From Promethearchaeota archaeon (GTDB lineage: Archaea > Asgardarchaeota > Lokiarchaeia > Sigyniarchaeales > SOKP01): DNA of 52,005 nucleotides. Within the stretch, counting starts at the first letter, position 1, and each line of letters begins with the position of its first letter. The translations under genes were made by a program, and so were the position numbers. The stretch lies in the NCBI GenBank assembly GCA_048939015.1, contig JBHLPW010000039.1, positions 1-52,005 on the forward strand, in the 5' to 3' direction. Positions 17,014 to 27,182 of this stretch are shown here, piece by piece. The notes below the pieces were generated by a model. It saw only the letters and a list, made by a program, of their open reading frames with translations, was not told where the DNA came from and ran no database searches.

Positions 17014-20000
17014 TTAGTTAGAACCTAATCTGGTTTTTCTAAGTACAACAACTGCAGCAAAAACAGCTACACCAATAGAGACAATAGACATTGTTTCGAA
17101 AAAAGGGAATTCAAATCCACTTGGTATATAACCTTCAATAGTAAATAGAAAATCACTTATATCCTCAGAGACTCCACCATAACCATCATAAGCAATTACC
17201 TTTAACAATATTGAATTAGAATATGGAAAATTACTAACATCCCAATTATATGAGTTTCCCGTCAAATTAGCACTAATTAAATGCCATCCAATACCTCCAT
17301 CATTATAAGCTAAAGCATAGGTTAATGAATCACCATCAGAATCAGATGCGGACCATTCAACAGTAATTGATTCTTTAATGATTTCACCACCATTAGGAGT
17401 AGTTATTACCACAGATGGTGCTCGATTAATTACTGTATAACTATATGGATTTCCATGTGGATCTTTTCTAGTAGAATTTGAGCCTTCAATGTCCCATGAT
17501 ATCATATACCAGAGGACTTTTGTTCCATGATCTTGAATTGGAATGGATCCTTCCCAAGTTCCTGGATTTTCAGTTTGTTCTGTTAAAGTTGCACTAACCC
17601 AATTGGCCCCATCATTAATGGAATAATAGATGATAGCTAATTGAATCCCTCCTTCATCAGAGATTTCAGTAGTAACAATAGGTGAATCATCCATGCATGG
17701 ACCTAAACCGTCATAAGAAGTATCATATTCAATATTAGGAAATTGGATAATTGGAGGAATGTAATCAAAAGTATTATGTTCTAAAGGATTAGAAGTTTTA
17801 CATGCGAATCTATGAGGTCTAAAAATGTATGTACCAAATCTCTTATCAATGCCAACTTCTTGGATGATAAGATCAGTAGGATCATTATCAAATATCATAT
17901 ATGTGGTAGTATATTCTTCTGTTTCACTCTTTTCATTTGTGTTTTCATATTCAAATCCAAATGATACATTTACTTTAGTACCAAGTACTTCTGCCCAAAC
18001 GCTAGCGTCAATATCAACGTTAAAAGTAAATCCCCATTTTTCGGTAGTTCTAGTTGAATGGGATTTCTTTAAAGTAGTTCCTCCGTCTACTGTTACATTT
18101 TCTACCCAATTAACATTTGAATAATTATTGTGGACAGGATTGAGTTCTCTCCAATTTTCTGGAGCATTATAATCATTAAGTAAAGCTTCTCCACTTCTAA
18201 CAACACCATAATAGAATTTAGGTTCTTCCCATCTTTTTGTATTATTATAATATGTTCTATAATTAGCTTTAAAAACCCAATAAAATGTCCAAACTTCACC
18301 CCAATAAATATCTCCATAACCTGGACCAATATAATCCATGTTTGATGCATCAATATTCGAAGTAAGATCAGTTGTATCAGTAATTTCCATTTGAAAGTCA
18401 TAATTCCAAGATTCTTTAAATTTAGTTCGTAAAGAAGCACCGCCCTCAACACCAAAAAGACCAAAATCTGCTTTAGTTTCAACAGAAAATCCCTGTGTGA
18501 GGCTCAGAGTGCTTGAGACCCCCATAGAGACCGAGGTGGTTTCAGAAAAACCTGAATAACTATTATCACCACAAGGGTCATGTAAAATGAGATATAATTG
18601 CCTTCCAGTATTTTCTGAACCATAATCCTTTATTGCTTCTACATCTATTTCAATTTTACCAAACGTAAAATTTCTCTCATGTTGTACTAATGGAATTCCC
18701 GCTTCATATCCTACAAGAGTAGCATTTACTTTTCCATCTATATTAGAATTATAATTTAAGATAATGGAATTATTATTCCAAACACTTCCGTGATCAATAT
18801 TATTAAGAAATAATTTTACATCATCTAGTCTAACTGTATCATATTCAAAGTAGAATGTTGCTGGACCCATTGGAAAAATTATATGAGCGTTCTCTTCAGG
18901 GCTGTACCATTCAACATGAGGAGCATTCCTAGCAGCACCCCAAACTTCTGTTGAGTTTCCACTTCTACCCATAATATTTTCAGCATTAATAACATAATAA
19001 AATCGATGATCAATGTAGTTTCCCGCATCTGTGTCATTATAATATGTTTCAGAAGTACTTCCAATAAGCGTTTTTTTGCCTCCTGAAAAATTACCCCTAA
19101 ATATGTTATATTTCAAAATTGGAGCTCCATTATCATCAGGTGCATCCCACTCCAAATAAGTGTGTCCTATACCTTGATCAAGACTTAAGTTTTCTGGTAT
19201 ATCTGGTATTAGTGCAAACCAATAAAAATGGAAATATCTCTTATCAGATTGAAATACAGTACCAAGTGAATTATTAGCAAAAATCTGAATTGAATGCATA
19301 CCCTCATCAGGAACTGGAATTGTATAATTTCCCAAAATTGTTTTATTGATCTGATTATCATAAGAATATCCTATCCAATCAAGAGCGGTATTATTTACAA
19401 AACTTACTAATAAACCCTCTTGACCATTGTCTCCAACATCATATTTATTATCCCATGAATAACCTATAGCATCAATATAGTATCCATACCACGCGTCAGA
19501 GACATATGTTCCAAAAAACAAAGTATCCATTTCTGAGGGATTTCCATAATAACTATATCCTGCTCCACCATCAATGGAGACATACCCGCTTCCTGAATCA
19601 ATCCATAAATGCCAATCTGTTGTACAATTAAATTCAATTTTTACACGATACCATTGTTCCGCTGAAAAGGCAAACCCTGTGTTAATCCAGCTTGTTCCAT
19701 CATGATATCTCACCAAACCGTCAATAAATCCTAAATAAATGAAATCTGAAGGACCTCCATCTCTGATGCTTAATTCGTGATGTTTATTTGTATTAGTAAA
19801 CCATACATACATTTCTACAGTTCCTGTTGCTTGTCCTGAGTCAAAATAATTGAACATTCCTACGTAATCAATAGTACTGGAATCATAAATTCGCACTACA
19901 TTTTTATGAGCATCTACATTATCCACTATTGATACAGATCCTCCACCTTCATAAGTAACAAAATCATCTGGATCAGAACCAACCTCATCATTACAGAAAC

Positions 20001-20229
20001 TATAAGAACCCGGATAATATCCGTTCATCGTATCCGTATATGTTTTATTCTCAGGGGTGATTAAAGTTATTTCATTATCGCTAACACGTAATGCTGAATT
20101 TCCCTCAGAATTAGAGTTTATTGAATTATCCTTGGAGGGAATAAATATTGTAAGAGCTCCTAAGCAAAATAGAAATATTATACTTAATACAATATATTTT
20201 TTATAGCTATAATACATTAGATTCGCCAA
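17014..20229 (-). CDS. large membrane-anchored extracellular protein (beta-sandwich, FN3 and Ig-like domains, central Ser/Thr-rich beta domain)
   Basis: N-terminal hydrophobic signal, FN3 (PDIPENL...LEWDAPDDNGAPILKYNIFRG...YYVINAEN), many NxS/T sequons, C-terminal TM followed by RKTR. Confidence 0.85.
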   Translation of the reverse strand: MANLMYYSYKKYIVLSIIFLFCLGALTIFIPSKDNSINSNSEGNSALRVSDNEITLITPENKTYTDTMNGYYPGSYSFCNDEVGSDPDDFVTYEGGGSVSIVDNVDAHKNVVRIYDSSTIDYVGMFNYFDSGQATGTVEMYVWFTNTNKHHELSIRDGGPSDFIYLGFIDGLVRYHDGTSWINTGFAFSAEQWYRVKIEFNCTTDWHLWIDSGSGYVSIDGGAGYSYYGNPSEMDTLFFGTYVSDAWYGYYIDAIGYSWDNKYDVGDNGQEGLLVSFVNNTALDWIGYSYDNQINKTILGNYTIPVPDEGMHSIQIFANNSLGTVFQSDKRYFHFYWFALIPDIPENLSLDQGIGHTYLEWDAPDDNGAPILKYNIFRGNFSGGKKTLIGSTSETYYNDTDAGNYIDHRFYYVINAENIMGRSGNSTEVWGAARNAPHVEWYSPEENAHIIFPMGPATFYFEYDTVRLDDVKLFLNNIDHGSVWNNNSIILNYNSNIDGKVNATLVGYEAGIPLVQHERNFTFGKIEIDVEAIKDYGSENTGRQLYLILHDPCGDNSYSGFSETTSVSMGVSSTLSLTQGFSVETKADFGLFGVEGGASLRTKFKESWNYDFQMEITDTTDLTSNIDASNMDYIGPGYGDIYWGEVWTFYWVFKANYRTYYNNTKRWEEPKFYYGVVRSGEALLNDYNAPENWRELNPVHNNYSNVNWVENVTVDGGTTLKKSHSTRTTEKWGFTFNVDIDASVWAEVLGTKVNVSFGFEYENTNEKSETEEYTTTYMIFDNDPTDLIIQEVGIDKRFGTYIFRPHRFACKTSNPLEHNTFDYIPPIIQFPNIEYDTSYDGLGPCMDDSPIVTTEISDEGGIQLAIIYYSINDGANWVSATLTEQTENPGTWEGSIPIQDHGTKVLWYMISWDIEGSNSTRKDPHGNPYSYTVINRAPSVVITTPNGGEIIKESITVEWSASDSDGDSLTYALAYNDGGIGWHLISANLTGNSYNWDVSNFPYSNSILLKVIAYDGYGGVSEDISDFLFTIEGYIPSGFEFPFFETMSIVSIGVAVFAAVVVLRKTRLGSN

Positions 20230-20442
20230 AAATTTTGTAATTAAACAAATTGTCGATTAGACAATAATGTAAATAATCAAATTTACTTTTTAAATCTATA
20301 TCTTAATTTCTCAAATTCAAGGAAAATAAGGACCTTTTTTATATTTGGTTGTGACACTTCAATAAAAGTGAAGTAAACTTGGTAATTTCACAAATATGCT
20401 TGTTTTAATGAAAAAAATAAAAAAAATAAATAGTTTAACCTA

Positions 20443-21666
20443 TTAAGCTTTTTTCTCCCGTAAAGCCCTAATCATTGGTAAATCCTTTCCAGAAAGAATT
20501 TCTAGCATTGCGCCTCCTGCAGTCGAGATAAATGAAACATCGTCTGCTTTACCTGCCATTGAGGCAGCAGCACCCATTTCTCCACCACCTATTATTGTAA
20601 GCGCTTTATTTTTCTTTGTCGCATTTACCATAGTATCGACAATTTCATTTGTTGCTTTTCTAAAAACTTCCTTTTCAAATATTCCTGGTGGACCATTTGC
20701 GACAATAGTTTTACATTTCATAAGAATTTCATTAAATTTATCAACGGTTTTCTGTCCAATATCGCCTGTTGTTGTATTATAAGTACCTGCTTCGTCTATT
20801 CCTATAGTTTTTCTATTACCATTATCATCGATGATTAAATCTTCTGGAAGAATAATCTTGTTTTCATACTTCTCATAAGTGTCAATAATCATATCTTTAT
20901 TTTCTTCTAAATCTTTCGCGATAATATTGTGGTTAGGTTCTCCCATATTTTTACCTAAAGCTTCAAAGATCAAAATCGCAGTTAATCCTGAACATAATGC
21001 GTAGTCCAACTTATCATTATCAAAATTATACTTCATTGCTTTAAATTTATCAATAGCTTTTGCTCCACCAATTAACATTGCCATAGGTTTTTCAGGATCC
21101 TGCATTATTTTCTTCAAGGCGTCTAACTCTTTATCAGTAATTGGTCCTGCCATCATCTTTGGCCACCCTACTATGGATGCATGAGCTCTATGGGCAGCTC
21201 CAAAAGCGTCAACAATTACATAATCCACTAATGGATATAGTGTTTTTATCATTTCAGTATTTTCTGCTTCAGAAAAATCTTTATAATTTTTCATTTCTCC
21301 TTCAAATTTTCGAACATTATCAAGAACTAAAACCTCTCCTGGCTTTAGTTCTTTAATTGCTTGAACAGCCTGCTGACCAAATATATCTTTAACAAATTTA
21401 ACTGGACGACCAAGATGCTTTTCTATCTCTTTAGCATGTATGTTTAAATCAGTAAAATCTTTTTCTCCAGGTCGAGATTGGTGAGCTAAAATAATAACAG
21501 CACTTTTCTTAAAGTATTCATTCAAAGCTGGTACTAATGCACGTATTCGGGGAGAATCTCTAATCTCCATTTTATCTAAATCAATGTTAGAGTTGATATC
21601 TACTCGCATTAAAACTTTCTTACCTTTTAATTTCACATCTTTAAAAGATGTATAATCAATCTTCAT
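20443..21666 (-). CDS. pgk: phosphoglycerate kinase
   Basis: RVDINS, AHQSRP, DAFGAAHRAHAS, GGAK, NGPPGIFE, STAGGA. Confidence 0.96.
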   Translation of the reverse strand: MKIDYTSFKDVKLKGKKVLMRVDINSNIDLDKMEIRDSPRIRALVPALNEYFKKSAVIILAHQSRPGEKDFTDLNIHAKEIEKHLGRPVKFVKDIFGQQAVQAIKELKPGEVLVLDNVRKFEGEMKNYKDFSEAENTEMIKTLYPLVDYVIVDAFGAAHRAHASIVGWPKMMAGPITDKELDALKKIMQDPEKPMAMLIGGAKAIDKFKAMKYNFDNDKLDYALCSGLTAILIFEALGKNMGEPNHNIIAKDLEENKDMIIDTYEKYENKIILPEDLIIDDNGNRKTIGIDEAGTYNTTTGDIGQKTVDKFNEILMKCKTIVANGPPGIFEKEVFRKATNEIVDTMVNATKKNKALTIIGGGEMGAAASMAGKADDVSFISTAGGAMLEILSGKDLPMIRALREKKA

Positions 21667-21822
21667 CTGTTATTTCACTTTTATTTAGGATTTAAAATTG
21701 TTATAACTGTAATTTATATTTATTTTGAGTAGTTATTATTTTTTTTCAAAAATTAGTAAAATACAAAATTCATAGATTTTTATTGATTTTAATAATATAA
21801 TTATTTTTTATGGTAGGACTAA

Positions 21823-22602
21823 ATGAGTGATATGAAAGATATCCTTCAAAACTTAATTAATAAGAAAATTTCTTTAAATGAAGCAGAAAAATTATTAAAA
21901 GCAAATTTAATTGAAGAAATTGGTGATTTGGCTAAGTTAGATACTTTACGTAAAACTAGAACTGGAATTCCTGAAGTGGTTTTTGCTCAAAGTAAAGATC
22001 CCAAAATGATTATTGACATTATAACAGGATTTTTAAAAAAAAACAAATTCTCTATTATTTCACGTTATAATGAAGAACATAAGGAAATCATTCTCGAAAA
22101 ATTTTCAAATAAGGATGAATACACCATTGAAATAAACGAATTAGGGAAGATAATAGTAATTAAGGAAACCTCATTTAGCTTTGAAAAAAAAGGAGGAATT
22201 ATAGGAATTATTACTGCCGGTAGCTCTGATATTCCTATAGCTATTGAGGCAAAAATCATCGCAGAGGCGATGGGATGTGAAGTCGAAACTAGCTTTGATG
22301 TTGGGATAGCAGGGATACACCGTATATTTTTTCCATTAAGTGAAATGATAAAAAGAGGGGTTCATGTGATTATTGTATGCGCAGGAATGGAAGGAACTTT
22401 ACCAGGAGTTGTTGCGGCTCTTGTTGATGTTCCCGTTATTGGGGTTCCTATCTCAAGCGGATATGGAATGGGTGAAAAAGGAAAGGGAGCTCTAGTTACT
22501 ATGCTTCAATCTTGTTCTCCAGGATTATTAGTTGTGAATATTGATAATGGATTTGGTGCTGGATCGTCCGCAGCTATTATTGCTAATAAAATAGCTGAAT
22601 AA
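21823..22602 (+). CDS. larB: nickel-pincer cofactor biosynthesis protein LarB
   Basis: RTGIPEVVF, AGSSDIPIAIEA, DVGIAGIHR, AGMEGTLP, CSPGLLVVNIDNGFGA. Confidence 0.93.
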   Translation: MSDMKDILQNLINKKISLNEAEKLLKANLIEEIGDLAKLDTLRKTRTGIPEVVFAQSKDPKMIIDIITGFLKKNKFSIISRYNEEHKEIILEKFSNKDEYTIEINELGKIIVIKETSFSFEKKGGIIGIITAGSSDIPIAIEAKIIAEAMGCEVETSFDVGIAGIHRIFFPLSEMIKRGVHVIIVCAGMEGTLPGVVAALVDVPVIGVPISSGYGMGEKGKGALVTMLQSCSPGLLVVNIDNGFGAGSSAAIIANKIAE

Positions 22603-22716
22603 ATCCTATTCTCATTTAAGTCCAAATTAGATTAGAAAAATAATTTATATATTTGGGTTTAAATTTCACTTAATTAATCATATTAAATTACAAAAAAATA
22701 ATAAAGAGTGAAATAA

Positions 22717-23382
22717 ATGACTCCAACACCCGCTTCAGCAACAGCTTTAGCTAATCTGCGTTTATTAAATCCAGAATTAGGTTGGTATGTTATTCCATTA
22801 TTAGCGATAGTTCTATATATTTATGGTGTAGAAATCAAAAAGGCAAGAGAAACAGGAAATTGGAGTACTATTTTTGCTGGTTTAACTGTTTTAGGACTTG
22901 ATTTGATTAACGAAATATGGAATGGACTTGTTTTTGCTTTTACCAATTATTCCGCTTTTTGGACAACTCCTGGAGCAAGTGCCTATATAATTTTAATTGG
23001 ATGGAATATTGAAATTGCTTTTATGTTCTCTATCGCTGGAATAATATTTGCTAAGTTCTTACCTGATGATAAAAATAAAAAGATTCTTGGACTTCCTAAT
23101 CGATGGGCTATGGCAATTGGATTTTCATTATTCTGTGTTATAGTAGAAATTTTCTTGAATATTGGAAATTATTTAATCTGGGAATATTGGTGGTGGAATT
23201 GGTATAATCCAATTCTCATCTTTCTAATCGGATACTTTTATTTCTTTATAGGAGCGTTCTATGTGTATGATTTACCAGATAGAAAATCTAAGATGAAATT
23301 CGTTGGGATAATCTATGCCATAGGAATTGTGCTTTTATGCATCTTTTTACCACTAGGTATCGCAGGAATAATCAATTTCTGA
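22717..23382 (+). CDS. Trp-rich multi-pass membrane protein of unknown function
   Basis: About 6 hydrophobic segments; DLINEIWN, WTTPG, GWNIEI polar intramembrane motifs. Confidence 0.8.
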   Translation: MTPTPASATALANLRLLNPELGWYVIPLLAIVLYIYGVEIKKARETGNWSTIFAGLTVLGLDLINEIWNGLVFAFTNYSAFWTTPGASAYIILIGWNIEIAFMFSIAGIIFAKFLPDDKNKKILGLPNRWAMAIGFSLFCVIVEIFLNIGNYLIWEYWWWNWYNPILIFLIGYFYFFIGAFYVYDLPDRKSKMKFVGIIYAIGIVLLCIFLPLGIAGIINF

Positions 23383-23642
23383 GGAATTTAACTTTATTTT
23401 TATTTTTTTTATTCTAATTCTCTATTCGGTTTACTTAAATAAATACTTGATTAAAAATTATGTTTTTTTCCTTTAAGTGAAGGAATAGATTATTCAATTT
23501 CTTATCCCTTTTTGATATCTCTAGGGTTTTAATTTAAGATAGATAACTATATATAGGTACATTAATATAATTAATATTGAACTTATTTTTCAATTAATAA
23601 TATCTAAAAAAAAAATTCTAAGAACAAGTAGTTGAGACCCAG

Positions 23643-24185
23643 ATGGTCGCATCTATTAATCATACTGAACTATTTGAGAAATCAAAGAAATTTTTTGAAA
23701 GTGGCGATATTCTTAACACTTTAGATCATTATACGAAGGCAATGGAGCACATTGATCGATCAAAACTTAAAAATAAAAATGAATACATCCAATTTCTGCA
23801 AGATATTATAAATCATTGCAGAGAAAATAATTTACCTGAAGAAGAAGCACTCGCTTTAAGAACCTTAGCAAGAACATACTCAATTTTTAAACAACATGCT
23901 GAAAGCATGAAATATCACTATCAATCATTAAAAATTCAGAAAAGATTAGGTAAAAAATTAGAAACTGCTGAAGGGTTAGTTTTTCTAGCTGAAGATATCG
24001 AAGTATCAGGTAATTTTGATAAATGCATAAAAACATTTGAAGAATCACTTGATTTATATCAAGAATTGGGTAAATTAAGGAAAGTGAAAGAGATTAAGAA
24101 GGAAATTTCTAGATTAAAAGCCTTTTCAAAAGAAATGGTTGAAGATGAGTATTATTTACACAAATTTAATGTCGACAAATATTAA
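23643..24185 (+). CDS. TPR-like helical repeat protein
   Basis: EALALRTLARTY...SMKYHYQSLKIQKRLG and KTFEESLDLYQELG repeats. Confidence 0.75.
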   Translation: MVASINHTELFEKSKKFFESGDILNTLDHYTKAMEHIDRSKLKNKNEYIQFLQDIINHCRENNLPEEEALALRTLARTYSIFKQHAESMKYHYQSLKIQKRLGKKLETAEGLVFLAEDIEVSGNFDKCIKTFEESLDLYQELGKLRKVKEIKKEISRLKAFSKEMVEDEYYLHKFNVDKY

Positions 24186-24245
24186 ATCATAAAAACGTTG
24201 AAACTCTTTTACAACTTTTTTTTTCTTTTTATTTTGGCATTAAAA

Positions 24246-25541
24246 TTAGATTAAATCAATATCATCGTATATCTGCTTCAATTTAACATCAGCTAACAGT
24301 TGGATTTTTTTGACTGGTATACCAGTATCATCACTTATCTTTTTAAGATCCTCATATTCGGGCTTAATATTTATTATTTGTATTCCTTTCTCTGATTCAA
24401 TAAATGAAACTTTATAGTCTATTTCGAAATTTTTTCCATTGATATCAATGCTTTTATTTTCGATTTTTCTGTCAATACAAACCCGGTTAATAATGTTGAA
24501 TCTTACGCCTAATGTCCCTAATTCCTTTATTATTTTTTCAATTATCTTAAAAGTAAATTCTGGATGGCATATGACTTTAATAACTTGTCCTGTTCTGTTT
24601 TTTTTTGTTGTGCTTGGAAGAATTTGGATATCTAAAATATGTTCTTTTGCTAAGGTTGAGATAAAATTTCCAAGAATCTCTCCGGATATATCATCAACAT
24701 CAGTCTCTAATATGCTAACTTGCTCTACGTATTTTTGCAAAGGATGAGTTATATTAGAGACTTGGAATCCTTTATCCTCACCATAGAATAGTCTTAAAAC
24801 ATTTGAGAATTTTTCAAATTTCGTTTGACCAGTACTATAGTTAGTTTTTAAAATTTTCATATCTGGGAAATAAAAATTAACTTGAGGCTCTAAGCTTGCT
24901 AATAATGCAGCCCCAGTGGGAGTAGTCAATTCAGAATTTATTGGTCCACCATATGTTATTAGATTTGATTTTTCTAAAATCTTTAATGTAGCAGGAGCAG
25001 GAACAGCTAGAACACCATGTTGTGTAGTAATTGTACCACCACCTAAGGGGAGTTTACTGCAGTAAATTCTTAAATTTTCGTTATTAAAAACGTTAATCTC
25101 ATCTAGCGCAGTGGTTACTCCGATAACATCTATCAATGTATCAACGGAACTTAGTTCATGCAAATGAATATTCTTAGTTAATTCTCCATGAACCTCTGCT
25201 TCTGCGAGAACCAATGATTCTAAAACTTTATTTGCATACTCTTTAGCTGAATCAGAAATATTAGAATTAGCTAGATAATCATCCAATGATTTTTGAAGAA
25301 TAGTTGCTGTTCGGTGATCCTTGGTTTCTTTTATATCAATTTTTAACTTGTTTATTTGGATTCCATTTATTTCTGTTTTAAGTAGTTTAATTTCTAATTT
25401 TGAAACTCCGGGTAAAATATTTTTTAATTTTTCTAAATCTTTTAGAATTTTATCAGGTTCTGGAGTTAAATCTAAAAGAACTGCTAGAAACATATCTCCA
25501 GAAATACCAGAATTTTGTAAATCAATATATATTATTCTCAT
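24246..25541 (-). CDS. larC: nickel-pincer cofactor nickel-insertion protein LarC
   Basis: SGISGDMFL, AEAEVHG, HLHE, HGVLAVPAPAT, ELTTPTGAA, ETDVDDISGE, KPEYED. Confidence 0.94.
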   Translation of the reverse strand: MRIIYIDLQNSGISGDMFLAVLLDLTPEPDKILKDLEKLKNILPGVSKLEIKLLKTEINGIQINKLKIDIKETKDHRTATILQKSLDDYLANSNISDSAKEYANKVLESLVLAEAEVHGELTKNIHLHELSSVDTLIDVIGVTTALDEINVFNNENLRIYCSKLPLGGGTITTQHGVLAVPAPATLKILEKSNLITYGGPINSELTTPTGAALLASLEPQVNFYFPDMKILKTNYSTGQTKFEKFSNVLRLFYGEDKGFQVSNITHPLQKYVEQVSILETDVDDISGEILGNFISTLAKEHILDIQILPSTTKKNRTGQVIKVICHPEFTFKIIEKIIKELGTLGVRFNIINRVCIDRKIENKSIDINGKNFEIDYKVSFIESEKGIQIINIKPEYEDLKKISDDTGIPVKKIQLLADVKLKQIYDDIDLI

Positions 25542-25671
25542 TTTATTCTTCTTTTAAATTCATTATAAAACTCATTAGTTAAAGTAATAACAATTTTATA
25601 ATTATATTATCTTTTTAATAATATTAAGAATTATAAATAATAAATTATATTTTCACCGTCAGGGCAAATAT

Positions 25672-26406
25672 ATGTCAGAATTACAAACTGTTAAGGCTTA
25701 TCTTAACCAATTACCTGCAACTCTACTAAAATTATTAAACATTGAGCCTCCACATGGAACAATCCCAGAACCTGTTCAACAAATTGTAGATTTATATCAA
25801 GGTATTGAACGAATTAGCATAAACTTAATTGATAATTTTGGACTTTTTGAAATTACGTACCTTAAACCACAATTTATGATAACGAATTCTGAAGTAATGT
25901 TATTATTAAGCACTAAAAATCCTTATACATTAGGAGTATTGCATCAGTTAATGTTCGGAGGGTTTGATGTTGATCCTAATGGATTTCACCTATTAAAAGC
26001 TATAAGTAATGGCGGAAAAACTTCATGTTTTATTGGCAGAAAGAAAGATTTAGATAGATATGATGGAGGAACAAAATCTATTCCAAAAGATACAGATATG
26101 AGTACTTGGGTCGAATCTGCGAAAGTTATTAATACCCATGACCTTTCATGGATGCATTATTTAGATTTTGAGAATTTACATAAACAACAACAACGATTAA
26201 AACAAAGAACTCCAGAAGATTTGATTGAAAAGCTGATAAATCGAACCGATAAATGGATCCTGGGGAATTATAAACAACTCAGGTCAAATTCATTAATGAT
26301 AATCATTGGAGACCATGGTCGTGTAAAGATGGATATGGCTTATAGTGGAAAAATAGCGCAATGGAGAGAAGCAAGCGTTCCTATTGCGATTCTTATGAGA
26401 AAATAA
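25672..26406 (+). CDS. divergent alkaline-phosphatase-superfamily-like protein
   Basis: QLPATLLKLL, NLIDNFG, WMHYLDFENLH and IIGDHG resemble AlkP/NPP core motifs. Confidence 0.55.
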   Translation: MSELQTVKAYLNQLPATLLKLLNIEPPHGTIPEPVQQIVDLYQGIERISINLIDNFGLFEITYLKPQFMITNSEVMLLLSTKNPYTLGVLHQLMFGGFDVDPNGFHLLKAISNGGKTSCFIGRKKDLDRYDGGTKSIPKDTDMSTWVESAKVINTHDLSWMHYLDFENLHKQQQRLKQRTPEDLIEKLINRTDKWILGNYKQLRSNSLMIIIGDHGRVKMDMAYSGKIAQWREASVPIAILMRK

Positions 26407-26443
26407 ATCTTTTTTATATCATTTTATTTTTAAATTAAAATAG

Positions 26444-26959
26444 TTGTTTGATATGGAGGAATATAAACGTTTTACAATTTCTCTTCCTCAAGATCAATAC
26501 AAAAAATTTGAGGAATTTAGAAATCAATTAGGAATCTCAAGGTCTGATGCAATTAGAAAATCTATGCATCTTTTTTTGACGCAAGATGAGAATATCTCTG
26601 TAGTATCGGAAAATGTTGTTGGATGCATTACAATAATGATGACTCATGAACATGTTGATTTGAAAGATGAACATTCTCACAACCATACTGATGATTCACA
26701 CCATGATCATGATTATATATCAAGACCTATTTATGCAAATGTCCAGCAAACCGATGAAATCTTAAAAAATGATATTCAGCATCATTTCCATGATATAATT
26801 ATCTCTACAATGCATGTTCACCTAGAATATGAGAAATGTTTAGAAATTATTGCTGTATCTGGACCCTATGAAGAAGTAAAGAAGTTAAAAGAGTCTCTTC
26901 AGCGATTAAAAAGTGTATTATCTATAGGATTCTTTATTATTGATAAAGAGATAAAATAA
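26444..26959 (+). CDS. nikR: NikR nickel-responsive regulator with His-rich insert
   Basis: RHH N-terminus (RFTISLP...SRSDAIR); C-terminal IQH...STMHVHL...CLEII. Confidence 0.9.
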   Translation: MFDMEEYKRFTISLPQDQYKKFEEFRNQLGISRSDAIRKSMHLFLTQDENISVVSENVVGCITIMMTHEHVDLKDEHSHNHTDDSHHDHDYISRPIYANVQQTDEILKNDIQHHFHDIIISTMHVHLEYEKCLEIIAVSGPYEEVKKLKESLQRLKSVLSIGFFIIDKEIK

Positions 26960-27182
26960 GAATAAAATATTCCATTTCCATTAGAAGAAGTATAAGGTTT
27001 AGGCGATTTGGTTAGGAATTTTTATTCTTTATTTATATTAAGTGGGTTATGTGTGTTAAATACAACATCCAATTTGAAAAATATAAATTTCTAAAGAGTA
27101 ATAAATTAGTAATTTCTATTTTGGATACATTAAAAAATAAAAAGAATAATATTAGAAAAAAAACAAATTTAAAAATTTTAAA

